DNA of 64,000 nucleotides, taken from IMG/VR virus record IMGVR_UViG_3300007177_000055, positions 61,410 through 125,409 of that record. One strand, 5' to 3'. The stretch comes from a virus. Position 1 is the first letter of the stretch; each line of letters begins with the position of its first letter. Below the pieces are notes generated by a model. It made no database searches and was not told the origin of the DNA. It saw only the letters and a list, made by a program, of their open reading frames with translations. Below, piece by piece: positions 27,801-35,815 of this stretch. The position numbers and the translations under genes were made by a program.

Positions 27801-30800
27801 TAACGATTAGTAAATTCAGGTTCGGGGTCAAAAACTGGACGGCCCATCAAAGCAGGACTAAATAGTGCTTCGTCTAGCTCAATATCAGGATTAACAGCTC
27901 GATACAACCGACGTCGGTGCATTGAGTCTCTGCGGTTACCTGTATCTGCACCATATTCTTCCATGCGACGACCTTGCGAATTAAATTCAACCGGTAACAA
28001 GCCAACTTGCTCTTCCATAAAAGACCCAACGGTTTCTGGCAACAAAAACCGAGCTATAAAACCGAAACCTGGAATGTCCAAAGCTTTTGTTCTAAAGGAG
28101 TAAAGCGCCGGGTCTGCTATTTGAGCTATTACATTAGTAGCACTAAACAACGTATTCAACCCTGGCGCTCGACCTACAGAACTTAAAAATCCAGCCGCAG
28201 TAGCGGTAACTGGTTTAAGTAAGCTTTCGTTAAGGCGATCAAAAGTAGTTAAGAAAAAGTTCTGAACGCGATTGTTGCTAGCTTTGTTTATAGCTAAGTA
28301 TCCACCTATAGCTGCTAAAGCAGCTAAAGTAGTAAAGCCAGCTTCAGCTGCCCAGGCTTTACCTATAACACTAAACACACCTAATCCTACAGCAAGTTCC
28401 GTACTCTTAGCAGTTACAAAATAACCAGCTTGAGTACGTACCGCCTCATTAGGCGAACTCAAGTAAGAAGCACCAGCTAACAACTCGTAACCTTGAACTA
28501 CATTAAAGTAACTCATTAGAGTACCAGTGGAACCTGCTAGACCTTCTCCGATTAAACCGGAGTAGCCTCTTTCCCTAAAGGTTTTGTTAATAGAGCTAGC
28601 TAAAGGCTCATTGAAAGTTTGTGTTGGCATTATCGCACGTTGACGCTTTTTAGCTCCCCAACCTGCACTTTGGGCAGTAGTAGTTTCAAAGGTATCTCCC
28701 AAAAAGTCTTCGTGTAACAATTGAGCTACATTAGCAAAATGGTTTAGGGCATTTAAACGACCATTTATAGGATCAGCATCCCAAGCCTGAGCTACTTTAG
28801 CTTCCAACCCATATTGATCTGCTATTTTCCCCAACCTGTTACCTACGTCAAAGCTGTTGTTAATACTAGTAAAAAGACGATAAGCTCCTTTACCACTAGG
28901 GTTATAGATTTCTCTCATTCGAGTAAGCAGCGTGTCGCGAACTTGACTTTCCCTAAGTAAAGCTGAATTACCCGCTGCTGTTTGGAATTCTTCTAACAAC
29001 CCAAATCGGGCAGCATTATAAGAATTTACTAAGTCTCTAGCTTGTGTTTCAGATATACCGCTAGGAACTGCTCTTACTAGTAAGTCTTTAGTACCCCCAG
29101 AACTGTTGGCCTCAAAAATAACTTGACCTTTACCAGAAACATAATCAACACGAACCCTAAAGCTCGAATTCATCCGGGCCTTAATGTCATCAAAAGAGTG
29201 AATATAAGGTTTAACCCTAGATGAAGTAGCAAAAGTAAACGCAGCTAAACCAATGCCAGCAAAAGAAGCCACACTAGCAGCTGTCAATGTAGCTAACAAG
29301 ACTCCACCAAACAAAGCAGAAGGCAAAGAGCTTTTATCGAAAGCCTGGCCAGTAGAAGCCAAAGTGCTAGTAAAGTAAGAAAGAAAAGGAGTGCGACCTA
29401 AGATTTGTTCTTTGTAATACCCAGAATAGTTGCCTAAATCATCACCTGAAGCTTTACCCGTAGCAAAGTCTAAAAAGTCAAATAGCCCCTTTTTCAGCTC
29501 GTTAACGCTAAATTCACCACCTGCTCTAGCAGAATAGTTAGCTAGATTAGGAAAATAGGCTTTGCCATATCGTTTGGCTAGCCAACTAGCTACGTGATGT
29601 TCATACAACAAACCCATCAAGATTTCTTGAGGCCTTTGGTTAGATATACGAATTAACTCTTGTTGACGTTGACGGATAGCTAAGGATAAACCCTGACTAC
29701 TACCAAGTTGTGCGTATTCTTCACTGGTTACCGCTTTCTGAATAGCAGCTGGTTGTTGTCTAGGCACAGCACTAAAAACGGAATAATAAGCACTAGCTAC
29801 ACCACGGTTGGCGCCTATCAACGCAGCTAGCATATAGGCTTGATCTCTAGTAGTCGTAAGACCTTTAACCATGGTCATTTCAGACCCAGAAATGTCAGTG
29901 TAAGCCGTAGTAGCTTGCACATAACTCCTAAAGCCGTTCTTAGAATCTGAGATACCCAAAGGCCCTATTAAAGAGGCAAACATATTAGGGTTATCTTGAT
30001 AAGCACCAGTTAGCTTTTGAACATTAGCTACACCTAAAGCAGAACCTAACAGTTGTTGTATTAAACCACCTAAACCTGGGTTTCCTTGACTAGGAACGGC
30101 ACCGTATTTAGCTGCTCTACCTACAGCCAATTGAGCTTGGGTGTAATTGTTTTGACCAGTAAGGAAAAAAGGCAGTAACAGGTTTTGTAGCCCGTTCATT
30201 TCTCCCTTCAAACCAACAGTCAGTAAGTTGCCAGCCGCTAAAGCCGCCCCAATTAAAGCTAGACCTGCTCCGTACTTAAAACCTTTGCGACTAGCTAGAC
30301 TGAAACGTAAGCCCGCAGTTTCTATTAGAGCCGGACGCAAAGACTGTAGCTGTAATAGTGCTCTTGGATCAGAGTCTTTAGCAGCTTGTTGTAAAGCTTC
30401 CTTTAAAGTACTCCCACGTACACCTTCTGCTGCCAGCAAACTTTTATCGCTGGCTGCAAAATTACGTTCATATAAAGCCCATATTTGGCTTTGGTACCGA
30501 GCTGTAGCACCTACAGCTGGCTTGCCTTCAGCAAACTTAGAAAATATAGGATCTTCAGCTCCAGCAAATACACCAGCTCTGCTTAAAGCAGCGCCGTAAA
30601 AAGCTCCGTAAAAGGAACCTATGTAGAGCTGCCGTGCAAAGTTTTCTCTAGCTACCTTTTCAGCTGACCATTCTGGGTCATTAGCTTTAGTAGACTCTAA
30701 TTCATATATCAAACCCAACGGGTTAAAAACAGACGATTTAGGTGAAACTAAGGAACTAGCTGCTAAATAAGGTAATAAATAAGGGGTTAGTCTACGTAAA

Positions 30801-33800
30801 CGTCTGCCCAACACCAGCGAAGTTTTGTCCGGACTTAAATCAAAGACGCTTTGAAAAGCTCCTTTAACTATGTTGGGAGCTACTAAAGTAGGAACCTGAG
30901 ACCAAGTAACTAATTTTTTAGCTAAACCTCCACTAACGCCAACTAAATCTCTAGCAGTAGACCAATTCTTTAAATCTTGGGCTACACCCTTGTCTCTAGC
31001 TTTGGCCATCAACACGGAAATATCAGCTGCGTTATCCCCTCTAAAAGTACGGTACCCAGACCCTAAGTAACTAAAGGCACCTACGGTACCCATAGCTGCG
31101 TACATCTGCGATTCAGGGAAGAATGTCACTAAAGATGCTAAGTCTGAAGCTTGTGTCCAAAAAGCAGCTCCTTGGTCATCCTTAACAAACTGTCCACTAC
31201 TAGCTACAGCGCTTCTTTTTCGCAGCAAATCTTGTATAGGACTTCTGGGTGCTCCGTAAGTTAAGCCAAAAGGACTCATCGGAGTAGAACCAGCACCTAA
31301 AATCGGCATAAATTGGAAACCTGCCCCTACAGCTGTAACTCCAGTACGAGGGTCACTTCGACCAACTACAGTGAACTGGAAGATAGGTGTAGGTATTTGC
31401 AGAGCAAAGTTATAAGTTATATCCTGCCTAGTAACATCAGGCGTCTCTAAGCGTTTAGCTAAGTCCCTGAGCATCTGAACCCTAGCCAGGTATATTGGAT
31501 TGTTAGAGCGGTTAGAGTCTTGTAAGGAGCTTACTATATTTCCTTTAGCCAAAGCACTTTCTGGGTCTATTTCATAAGACTTATCTTTGTCTTTACGGTA
31601 AATCGTATTAGCCAGAGTAGCTAAAAAAGACACCGAAGCCTGCGCAGTTAATATTCCAGCTAATGCACCAACCAGTGCACCAGTCTTAGAAAAACGCACA
31701 CCCATATATCTAAGACTAGACTTACCACCTTTTTCAATACCGATAACTTCGGTATAGTAGTCTCTACGCCAGGCACTTTCACCCGTAAAACGGTACCAAC
31801 CCGAAGACTTACCGTTGTTTAGTATTTCATCTACTGATCTATCGCCGCCCAAGTCTAAACGCTTAGTTCTTGTTTCAGGGTCAGGAGGCTGAACTAAATT
31901 CCATTGTCCTTTAGGACTTACATTACGCTCAGTAATTACGACTTGACCTGAACCAGATTCCCACTTATAGCTTCCTGAGTATACGTTTAGTAAGTTCTTA
32001 GAATTACCACCAGCAGTACGTACAACTTGACCTCGCTGTATAGGTACGTTCCCAGTTTGAGCAAAAGGTCTTCTATTTACGATGTCTGTCAGGTTGTTAA
32101 CGTCGTAATTAACATACTGAACTTGGCGTTGGTGCAAAACGTGACCCCCAAACCAAGCACCTGTAGCTAGAGCCATTGTGGCCAAAGGCTTAGGTACTAC
32201 ACCAGTAAAATAAGTTTCGTTCCACCTAGTCCAGTCTTCTTGGTTTTGAACTTTGTAACTGTTTGAAATCTCAGCTCCAAGTTGCGTAAATAAATCAGCT
32301 CCTTGAGGCTGCATGTAATAGTTATCAAAGATACGGTCTAAGACTAACAACGACCCTAACTTAAAGAAACCAGAGCGAAACTTACCAAAAGGACTAACGT
32401 CTTTAAAACCACCAGCAGTAAGAAAACTAGCTGAATTACGAGCGTTACTAAAGTCTACTTTTTGTTCCCGTAAGTTTAGTAAGGTAGGTCCAAAGTTCCG
32501 CCCCCTTAACTGAAGTTCTTCAAAAATAAGACGATTCTGCTTGAGGAAAATGTCCTGACTGGTTTGGAACACTTCCTTAACGGAACCTTGGGTGATAAAA
32601 CTGGCTGCCTGACGACCAATACGACTTACAGCTTTAGTTAAAGAAGTAAAGCCAGGGCTAACTAAAGAACTAGCGGAACGATCTGATCCAGGTTCTATGC
32701 TTTGTCCCCCTACAGCTTTAGTACGAGTTGAATAGTTGCCGATTAGATCCCTTATCTCTGGCAACCACAACCAAGGGCTAGCAAAGATAAATCGTCCGGT
32801 CTGATCAGCCGCGCCAGCCAAAGCTCTAATGCGCTCAGTACCTATATTTTTCAGAGTTAATACACTCTTGTATTCTCCGTTTTCTCGCAATTGTATTTGA
32901 GGTAGTTCTCTGGATAGCCTCTGACCCTCTTCCCAAGCTTCTTGTTTAGCTCTTTTTTCAACGGGATCACGTGGGTCAGCCGTCATTACATACCCTAAGA
33001 ACGGTCCTAAAAAGTTATCCCAAACGCTAGAATCTATGCGACGAAATAAACCTATTAACCCTAGAGGTCCGGAAGTTAAGCCTTTAGGTTTTATCTCAAA
33101 ACTGGAAGTGTCATAAACAAAACCTAGTTGTTTGCGTTCCAGTTCTATTAGTTCTACAGCTGTAGTGCTAGCAGTTATACCTTTAATGCGTGGTAAACGA
33201 GCTTCTTCAGTTAAAGTACGACTTCCACTAGGACCATCAATATAGCGAGGCAAGTTCCCTACATCAGGTAGAGTAAGTTGGCGAGATTTTATTAAATCAT
33301 CTAGTTGAGTTGAGGACTGACCTGGTGCCAAAGTAGCTTTAGCTCTTTCTAAAGACTCGATAGTGTTCTGCTCTAGTAAGTACAACATGTTCTTACTGAG
33401 ACTTGTACCGTCTGCTGCCATTGCTCTTTGGCTGGCTACGGAATAAACTGTGGAGTACCAACCATCAATCATCTTACTTCTCACACCATACTGAGCCATA
33501 GCATCAGCTGCTTGTTGCTCTATATGAGCTCTAAGCAGAGTAACACCGTGGCTAAAAGCAAAATAACTACCTATAGCTTGTGCTGTCTGCACTGCTACTT
33601 CCTGACCAAAAGCTACGATGCGCTCTACAGGTCCGGCATCTTGCTTTTGTCTATAAGCTGAACGATAAAGCTTTCTTAGACTACCGTAATCTCTGCCTGC
33701 TTTAGCGTCTTCTAAGTCTTGTAGCCAGTAAAAGCCAGTAGCAGTATCCAACGCCCGACCAACTGCCGCTCCCAAAAATCCTATTAAACCCAAACCGGGT

Positions 33801-35197
33801 TTATACAAGTCAGTGTTGAAGGTAGCGTTTAGTGAGTTTCCTATACCAGGATCACCTAGCTGCCGATCCATTTGTTTCAGCCAGAAATTAGCCGGCTTAT
33901 TGCTTACTAAAGAATGAAAGTCTTGATAAACACTAACTTTAGTATTGGGGTGATCAGTAAAGAAAGACTGCGGCATCTTGGTAGGTAGCCGCTGCAGCAT
34001 ACGCGCAGGCCCTCCTACTCCTCTTTCTTTAGAAACTGTCGTAACATCTACAAACAACAAGTCCCTTACATTTTTAGGGAAACTTCGGTAGTCCTTTTGT
34101 AAGGCTAGGTCTCTAAGGTAACTAGACCCTAAAACGTCTGCAAACCGACTGGGGTTAGCTGACATATTCTCAAAACCGTACTTTTTAAGGCCCTTTAGCT
34201 CCCTGGCCAAAGCATCTGCTAACTTCTTGTCGGTTAAATAACGAACCTTTTCTAAAGTCTTGTAAGCACTGGCTTGAGAAAAGTTATAAGAACCTACTAA
34301 GAGTTTACTATCAATAACACCCGTCTTAGAGTGTTGCAGTAGTTGCTTAATGTAGTCTGTTGGTTGTAAATAAACTTCTACTCCGGCCACGCTTAGTTGA
34401 GACAACAACTCAGCTGTAGTCTCTACATTGCCTCCCGCTTTAGTCCCTTTAGGGTTCTGACCATAAACTTTAACGTCTAAGCCACGTTCTTTAGCACGTA
34501 TCAAAGCCGCTGCCACTTTTTGGTCAGTCATATACGCTTCTGATATATAAACCCGGTCCTTTGCCGAGTTTATATCTTTGATCAACTTAGAAACAAAACC
34601 ACGACCCACGCCTGGACCTGTAACAAATACTGAGCCGCTCTTTAAAGATGCAGCCAAACCCCTGAGGTCACTGTTTTTAGTTAAACTACCAATAAACTTC
34701 TGAATTTTAGCATCATCAGCCAAAACGGCCGGGCTAGTACTACGTATAGCAAAGTTAATTTGCTCTAAATGTGAACGTTGAGAACTTAGAATTGTGTTGA
34801 AGTTACCAGTAGAAGTTAGGCTTTCTACTCCTGGTCGATAAACCTGCTTAAGGTGTATATCTAGTAAGTTCTGGTTCGTTGAGTTAGCTTTATAAGGACC
34901 TACATCTTCTAAAACAGGCGTAGTAGCCTTAACTACAGCTAGGTCTGCTCTTGACTTTAGGTAATCTGTGTTTCTACGACTACCTTCATAAGTTGCAGCA
35001 CCAGCATTAACATAGAGCTGACTGAACTTATTTAAGTAACGATTCTGACTAGGTTGGGATTTAACTGAATAAAACGATCCCTTTAAGCTGCGTTCTGGGG
35101 CACGCTGGAAAAAAGCTCGGGATTGTTCACCTACAGCTTCATAGCCGTAGAGAGACTCTGCTCCAGAAGTATAGGTTCCAGACAGAGTATCAGCCAT
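21818..35197 (-). CDS. giant (4459 aa) tape-measure-like virion protein: N-terminal PLD domain, hydrophobic Gly/Ala-rich core, C-terminal lysozyme + M23 peptidase + amidase_3
   Basis: HSKTGVID..GSYNFS (HKD); AIRYAEGT..SAAAGAYQFM (lambda-R-like lysozyme); HMSSLRVKLGQTV..STGIHLHGE (M23); AAGH..GE..VELH..ILEM (amidase_3). Confidence 0.85.
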   Translation of the reverse strand: MADTLSGTYTSGAESLYGYEAVGEQSRAFFQRAPERSLKGSFYSVKSQPSQNRYLNKFSQLYVNAGAATYEGSRRNTDYLKSRADLAVVKATTPVLEDVGPYKANSTNQNLLDIHLKQVYRPGVESLTSTGNFNTILSSQRSHLEQINFAIRSTSPAVLADDAKIQKFIGSLTKNSDLRGLAASLKSGSVFVTGPGVGRGFVSKLIKDINSAKDRVYISEAYMTDQKVAAALIRAKERGLDVKVYGQNPKGTKAGGNVETTAELLSQLSVAGVEVYLQPTDYIKQLLQHSKTGVIDSKLLVGSYNFSQASAYKTLEKVRYLTDKKLADALARELKGLKKYGFENMSANPSRFADVLGSSYLRDLALQKDYRSFPKNVRDLLFVDVTTVSKERGVGGPARMLQRLPTKMPQSFFTDHPNTKVSVYQDFHSLVSNKPANFWLKQMDRQLGDPGIGNSLNATFNTDLYKPGLGLIGFLGAAVGRALDTATGFYWLQDLEDAKAGRDYGSLRKLYRSAYRQKQDAGPVERIVAFGQEVAVQTAQAIGSYFAFSHGVTLLRAHIEQQAADAMAQYGVRSKMIDGWYSTVYSVASQRAMAADGTSLSKNMLYLLEQNTIESLERAKATLAPGQSSTQLDDLIKSRQLTLPDVGNLPRYIDGPSGSRTLTEEARLPRIKGITASTTAVELIELERKQLGFVYDTSSFEIKPKGLTSGPLGLIGLFRRIDSSVWDNFLGPFLGYVMTADPRDPVEKRAKQEAWEEGQRLSRELPQIQLRENGEYKSVLTLKNIGTERIRALAGAADQTGRFIFASPWLWLPEIRDLIGNYSTRTKAVGGQSIEPGSDRSASSLVSPGFTSLTKAVSRIGRQAASFITQGSVKEVFQTSQDIFLKQNRLIFEELQLRGRNFGPTLLNLREQKVDFSNARNSASFLTAGGFKDVSPFGKFRSGFFKLGSLLVLDRIFDNYYMQPQGADLFTQLGAEISNSYKVQNQEDWTRWNETYFTGVVPKPLATMALATGAWFGGHVLHQRQVQYVNYDVNNLTDIVNRRPFAQTGNVPIQRGQVVRTAGGNSKNLLNVYSGSYKWESGSGQVVITERNVSPKGQWNLVQPPDPETRTKRLDLGGDRSVDEILNNGKSSGWYRFTGESAWRRDYYTEVIGIEKGGKSSLRYMGVRFSKTGALVGALAGILTAQASVSFLATLANTIYRKDKDKSYEIDPESALAKGNIVSSLQDSNRSNNPIYLARVQMLRDLAKRLETPDVTRQDITYNFALQIPTPIFQFTVVGRSDPRTGVTAVGAGFQFMPILGAGSTPMSPFGLTYGAPRSPIQDLLRKRSAVASSGQFVKDDQGAAFWTQASDLASLVTFFPESQMYAAMGTVGAFSYLGSGYRTFRGDNAADISVLMAKARDKGVAQDLKNWSTARDLVGVSGGLAKKLVTWSQVPTLVAPNIVKGAFQSVFDLSPDKTSLVLGRRLRRLTPYLLPYLAASSLVSPKSSVFNPLGLIYELESTKANDPEWSAEKVARENFARQLYIGSFYGAFYGAALSRAGVFAGAEDPIFSKFAEGKPAVGATARYQSQIWALYERNFAASDKSLLAAEGVRGSTLKEALQQAAKDSDPRALLQLQSLRPALIETAGLRFSLASRKGFKYGAGLALIGAALAAGNLLTVGLKGEMNGLQNLLLPFFLTGQNNYTQAQLAVGRAAKYGAVPSQGNPGLGGLIQQLLGSALGVANVQKLTGAYQDNPNMFASLIGPLGISDSKNGFRSYVQATTAYTDISGSEMTMVKGLTTTRDQAYMLAALIGANRGVASAYYSVFSAVPRQQPAAIQKAVTSEEYAQLGSSQGLSLAIRQRQQELIRISNQRPQEILMGLLYEHHVASWLAKRYGKAYFPNLANYSARAGGEFSVNELKKGLFDFLDFATGKASGDDLGNYSGYYKEQILGRTPFLSYFTSTLASTGQAFDKSSLPSALFGGVLLATLTAASVASFAGIGLAAFTFATSSRVKPYIHSFDDIKARMNSSFRVRVDYVSGKGQVIFEANSSGGTKDLLVRAVPSGISETQARDLVNSYNAARFGLLEEFQTAAGNSALLRESQVRDTLLTRMREIYNPSGKGAYRLFTSINNSFDVGNRLGKIADQYGLEAKVAQAWDADPINGRLNALNHFANVAQLLHEDFLGDTFETTTAQSAGWGAKKRQRAIMPTQTFNEPLASSINKTFRERGYSGLIGEGLAGSTGTLMSYFNVVQGYELLAGASYLSSPNEAVRTQAGYFVTAKSTELAVGLGVFSVIGKAWAAEAGFTTLAALAAIGGYLAINKASNNRVQNFFLTTFDRLNESLLKPVTATAAGFLSSVGRAPGLNTLFSATNVIAQIADPALYSFRTKALDIPGFGFIARFLLPETVGSFMEEQVGLLPVEFNSQGRRMEEYGADTGNRRDSMHRRRLYRAVNPDIELDEALFSPALMGRPVFDPEPEFTNRYFGTAGYAERILNQGGFRSQSQVSNLLLSAMRQRQFGVDSTAANFYYTRPQEPVYSYSPLITAGSLAALNSQRRGLGYGYVMRTAAATLYEDSREILRSLTQSQGAYNLRSLFSGINRVTGRGVQSTVRGSKRAVGAAFASLGLRSFSGIGRLASLPAKVGTFFEPAVKFGRTAAKLGGVVAPSVVLGAAASWQLSEAIGDAYATKANLNERQRNQLKQSLTGISWAGGSVLLLADTKMRWNTESSTIVKSKKLTGRLGRVAIAAGLGAWAMTSIFNYLGEATSKNLGFNYGDEDSFTYHASTVAGTLAGPAAYFWQGRIRIAYERYKVDAIKAIEEAAGEIKPDYSKVQSLKTFVGGRKILGIGPKWRSLKSGRALGLGLFLGLAPLVPINSPNSLGLLNTVLLGATLVGGLALVLGQDINTQILETTKRQILGSPIERPIRFTMRALQPIRSFLSQLGRLLPMARQLTSKARSAWANSPWPGRLVGLSGKLSRFSLEYSGLATAGFSVSQLTASSRKVQYQTAYSEFYENAAGLAFSAAGGRTRQVMGSFFMAQSLVQDNPWLKSVTSEFYEQDQADPQNAPYRNAQRVGFLAAGVVGLGVVTRNLVNKLPLAAKGLVQSGAGVFLSAAGTYQSVTALTKTLNTDRTPWQISQDAADLEFKSLQTGLLGLIANNGVSTALWSALGAGALGLDSVREWRTSQIADRMQDINQYSRAGYAGLNQYQRVGGVIGGTTLAALALFASVPLLSGGPLGAVVAANIEMAAWNAGQGLGSMAGTEAFFLKNDPKSRPWEAAAVSFGNYLSGGFNSRLARAGTLLNAQHYGFDIGGLGNISNLVTGSFDELDSVRLGNLLTSDSLGPRSFVYDSSSRTLQLAPRDYAVYKATGVLPDNYLGTKLSDRIRERAFGFLVRSGPRSQIREALAEKRADRPVDRVLPLGVKVGIKGRFGDYVKSLYEPRQSFVTNGGTQLNLFQKGINLLGHPLGAARTLLGGRLGLGLTSINVLDEVVNSGKSWSQAGVNAVGAALISGAALTGIQAVFSALGLGTGFAATARVVAPALIIRQLTSVSMRSYRTYQMPGSQNLTDDTIEKVSNVSGVSAGASALALTKYLPAINQAARLIYSFTAPALQNLGKAAARLVGLPLLLVGLEGSFRPVGSSEPDRERNPEAFTQSGKLYSVLQPTQQEVIYSYVATKRRRFASQITAYKATRKQQRWVLQQTFKDSVATEEKPWWQQAMDWLGGRAKDLVYSVSAGLQRVKDAAAAAAGGAVDALSQALGGPVEFGYTGLNDNARAILTAIRYAEGTLGPKGYQTIYGYKYFTDMSKHPDSVNVTGGYASAAAGAYQFMPGTYARFSKTKSFTPADQDRAALAQIRALGIDPYTAKLTPEVMAKLAPVWASFPTLSGKSYYGQPVKSQQELMGVYQRALKGEYKVPFGLGQSSLAELTDSVTQAPYTVFSGGRAVTKYSQLKYHWAGTGNYTGYVKSPIYETGVESIIKGTKQVVFDIVLLRKGSSNVVVPAMQSGTVIGIDNKYGRVTIRGADGSITKQLHMSSLRVKLGQTVTYGQALGIQDRVDAGGASTGIHLHGEAPRPIWQRYFTSLTTGKWGEADSRNFRSSNSSVSGDIRKAHSAVNQNAIYQGSSKVPFIVFAAGHADSQRGSEKAEGTLGELRYNQAVLAALETKVRAAGLSDKIRFYRPGADNLLGSDPRSQYSVAERTERAGGQYVELHVSEMPTREHPLGGHTGTMTGVNESALDRELQSYYGDYGSKREGLGIPRRGGTILEMRAAKTIQGLSRVEYQKKVQEDANRLYQSSLKSLQVKPNSSVRKPQVVVPTKPRHVFQKRAEVPVTQSYSSASIRNAQIELASAIDPAQQVAFYTLVSAGAAAMKATVAPAVYQVKADLGVKANQHAEPMAKPVKERFDLVATKAAGVENETTYVSMVQNYASVVELIGQDPAARHRQSEAAAHEPMPLGQRGSGHWTPTGPRTDSGQLG

Positions 35198-35781
35198 TAG
35201 TTACGCATACGCTCAACGTTACCTAGAGTTCCTGTTTTATACTCTTGCAGCATATCTAGTGTAGCTGCGGGCTGGTAGTCTACAGTTATATCTGTACCTA
35301 ATGCTGGCCGACCAAAACGCCAAGTTAAGGAATTATACTCAGCTACCCAGTTATCTCCAGCAGATACACTTAGTACTCTCCACACTTTAAGAGGCAATAC
35401 GGGATCTTGATCCCCTAAAGCAAAAAAGTACTGGTTTAGCATAGGTACCGAAGGTACCACCCAAGTTTGTACGTCTAATGGTGTGCGGTTGCCCACACGA
35501 AAGAATTCTGCTTGATAGCGACCTATAGGTAAATATTTATCTGAGGGTAACAACTGAAAGCGCAGCAACCCATCCGGGGGTACGTCTAAGATTAAAGAAT
35601 CAGCTATGTATTGGTCTTGACCCTTACGGTTTGATCTAGGCGAGGTGATTCTGAGACGGTACTTAACACCTTCCGTGTGACCTAAAGCGGAGTTATCTTG
35701 GTTCAGTGCCCAAGGCTTAAACTGTATAGCTATAGGTGTATAAACTTGACTGCCACCAGGCAGCGATGGTGAAGCTACCAT
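35197..35781 (-). CDS. hypothetical virion-module protein
   Basis: 194-aa beta-rich ORF, TAATG-coupled to the giant gene. Confidence 0.7.
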   Translation of the reverse strand: MVASPSLPGGSQVYTPIAIQFKPWALNQDNSALGHTEGVKYRLRITSPRSNRKGQDQYIADSLILDVPPDGLLRFQLLPSDKYLPIGRYQAEFFRVGNRTPLDVQTWVVPSVPMLNQYFFALGDQDPVLPLKVWRVLSVSAGDNWVAEYNSLTWRFGRPALGTDITVDYQPAATLDMLQEYKTGTLGNVERMRN

Positions 35782-35815
35782 TTTACCTTACGCGCTAATT
35801 ACAGCTTAAACGAAA

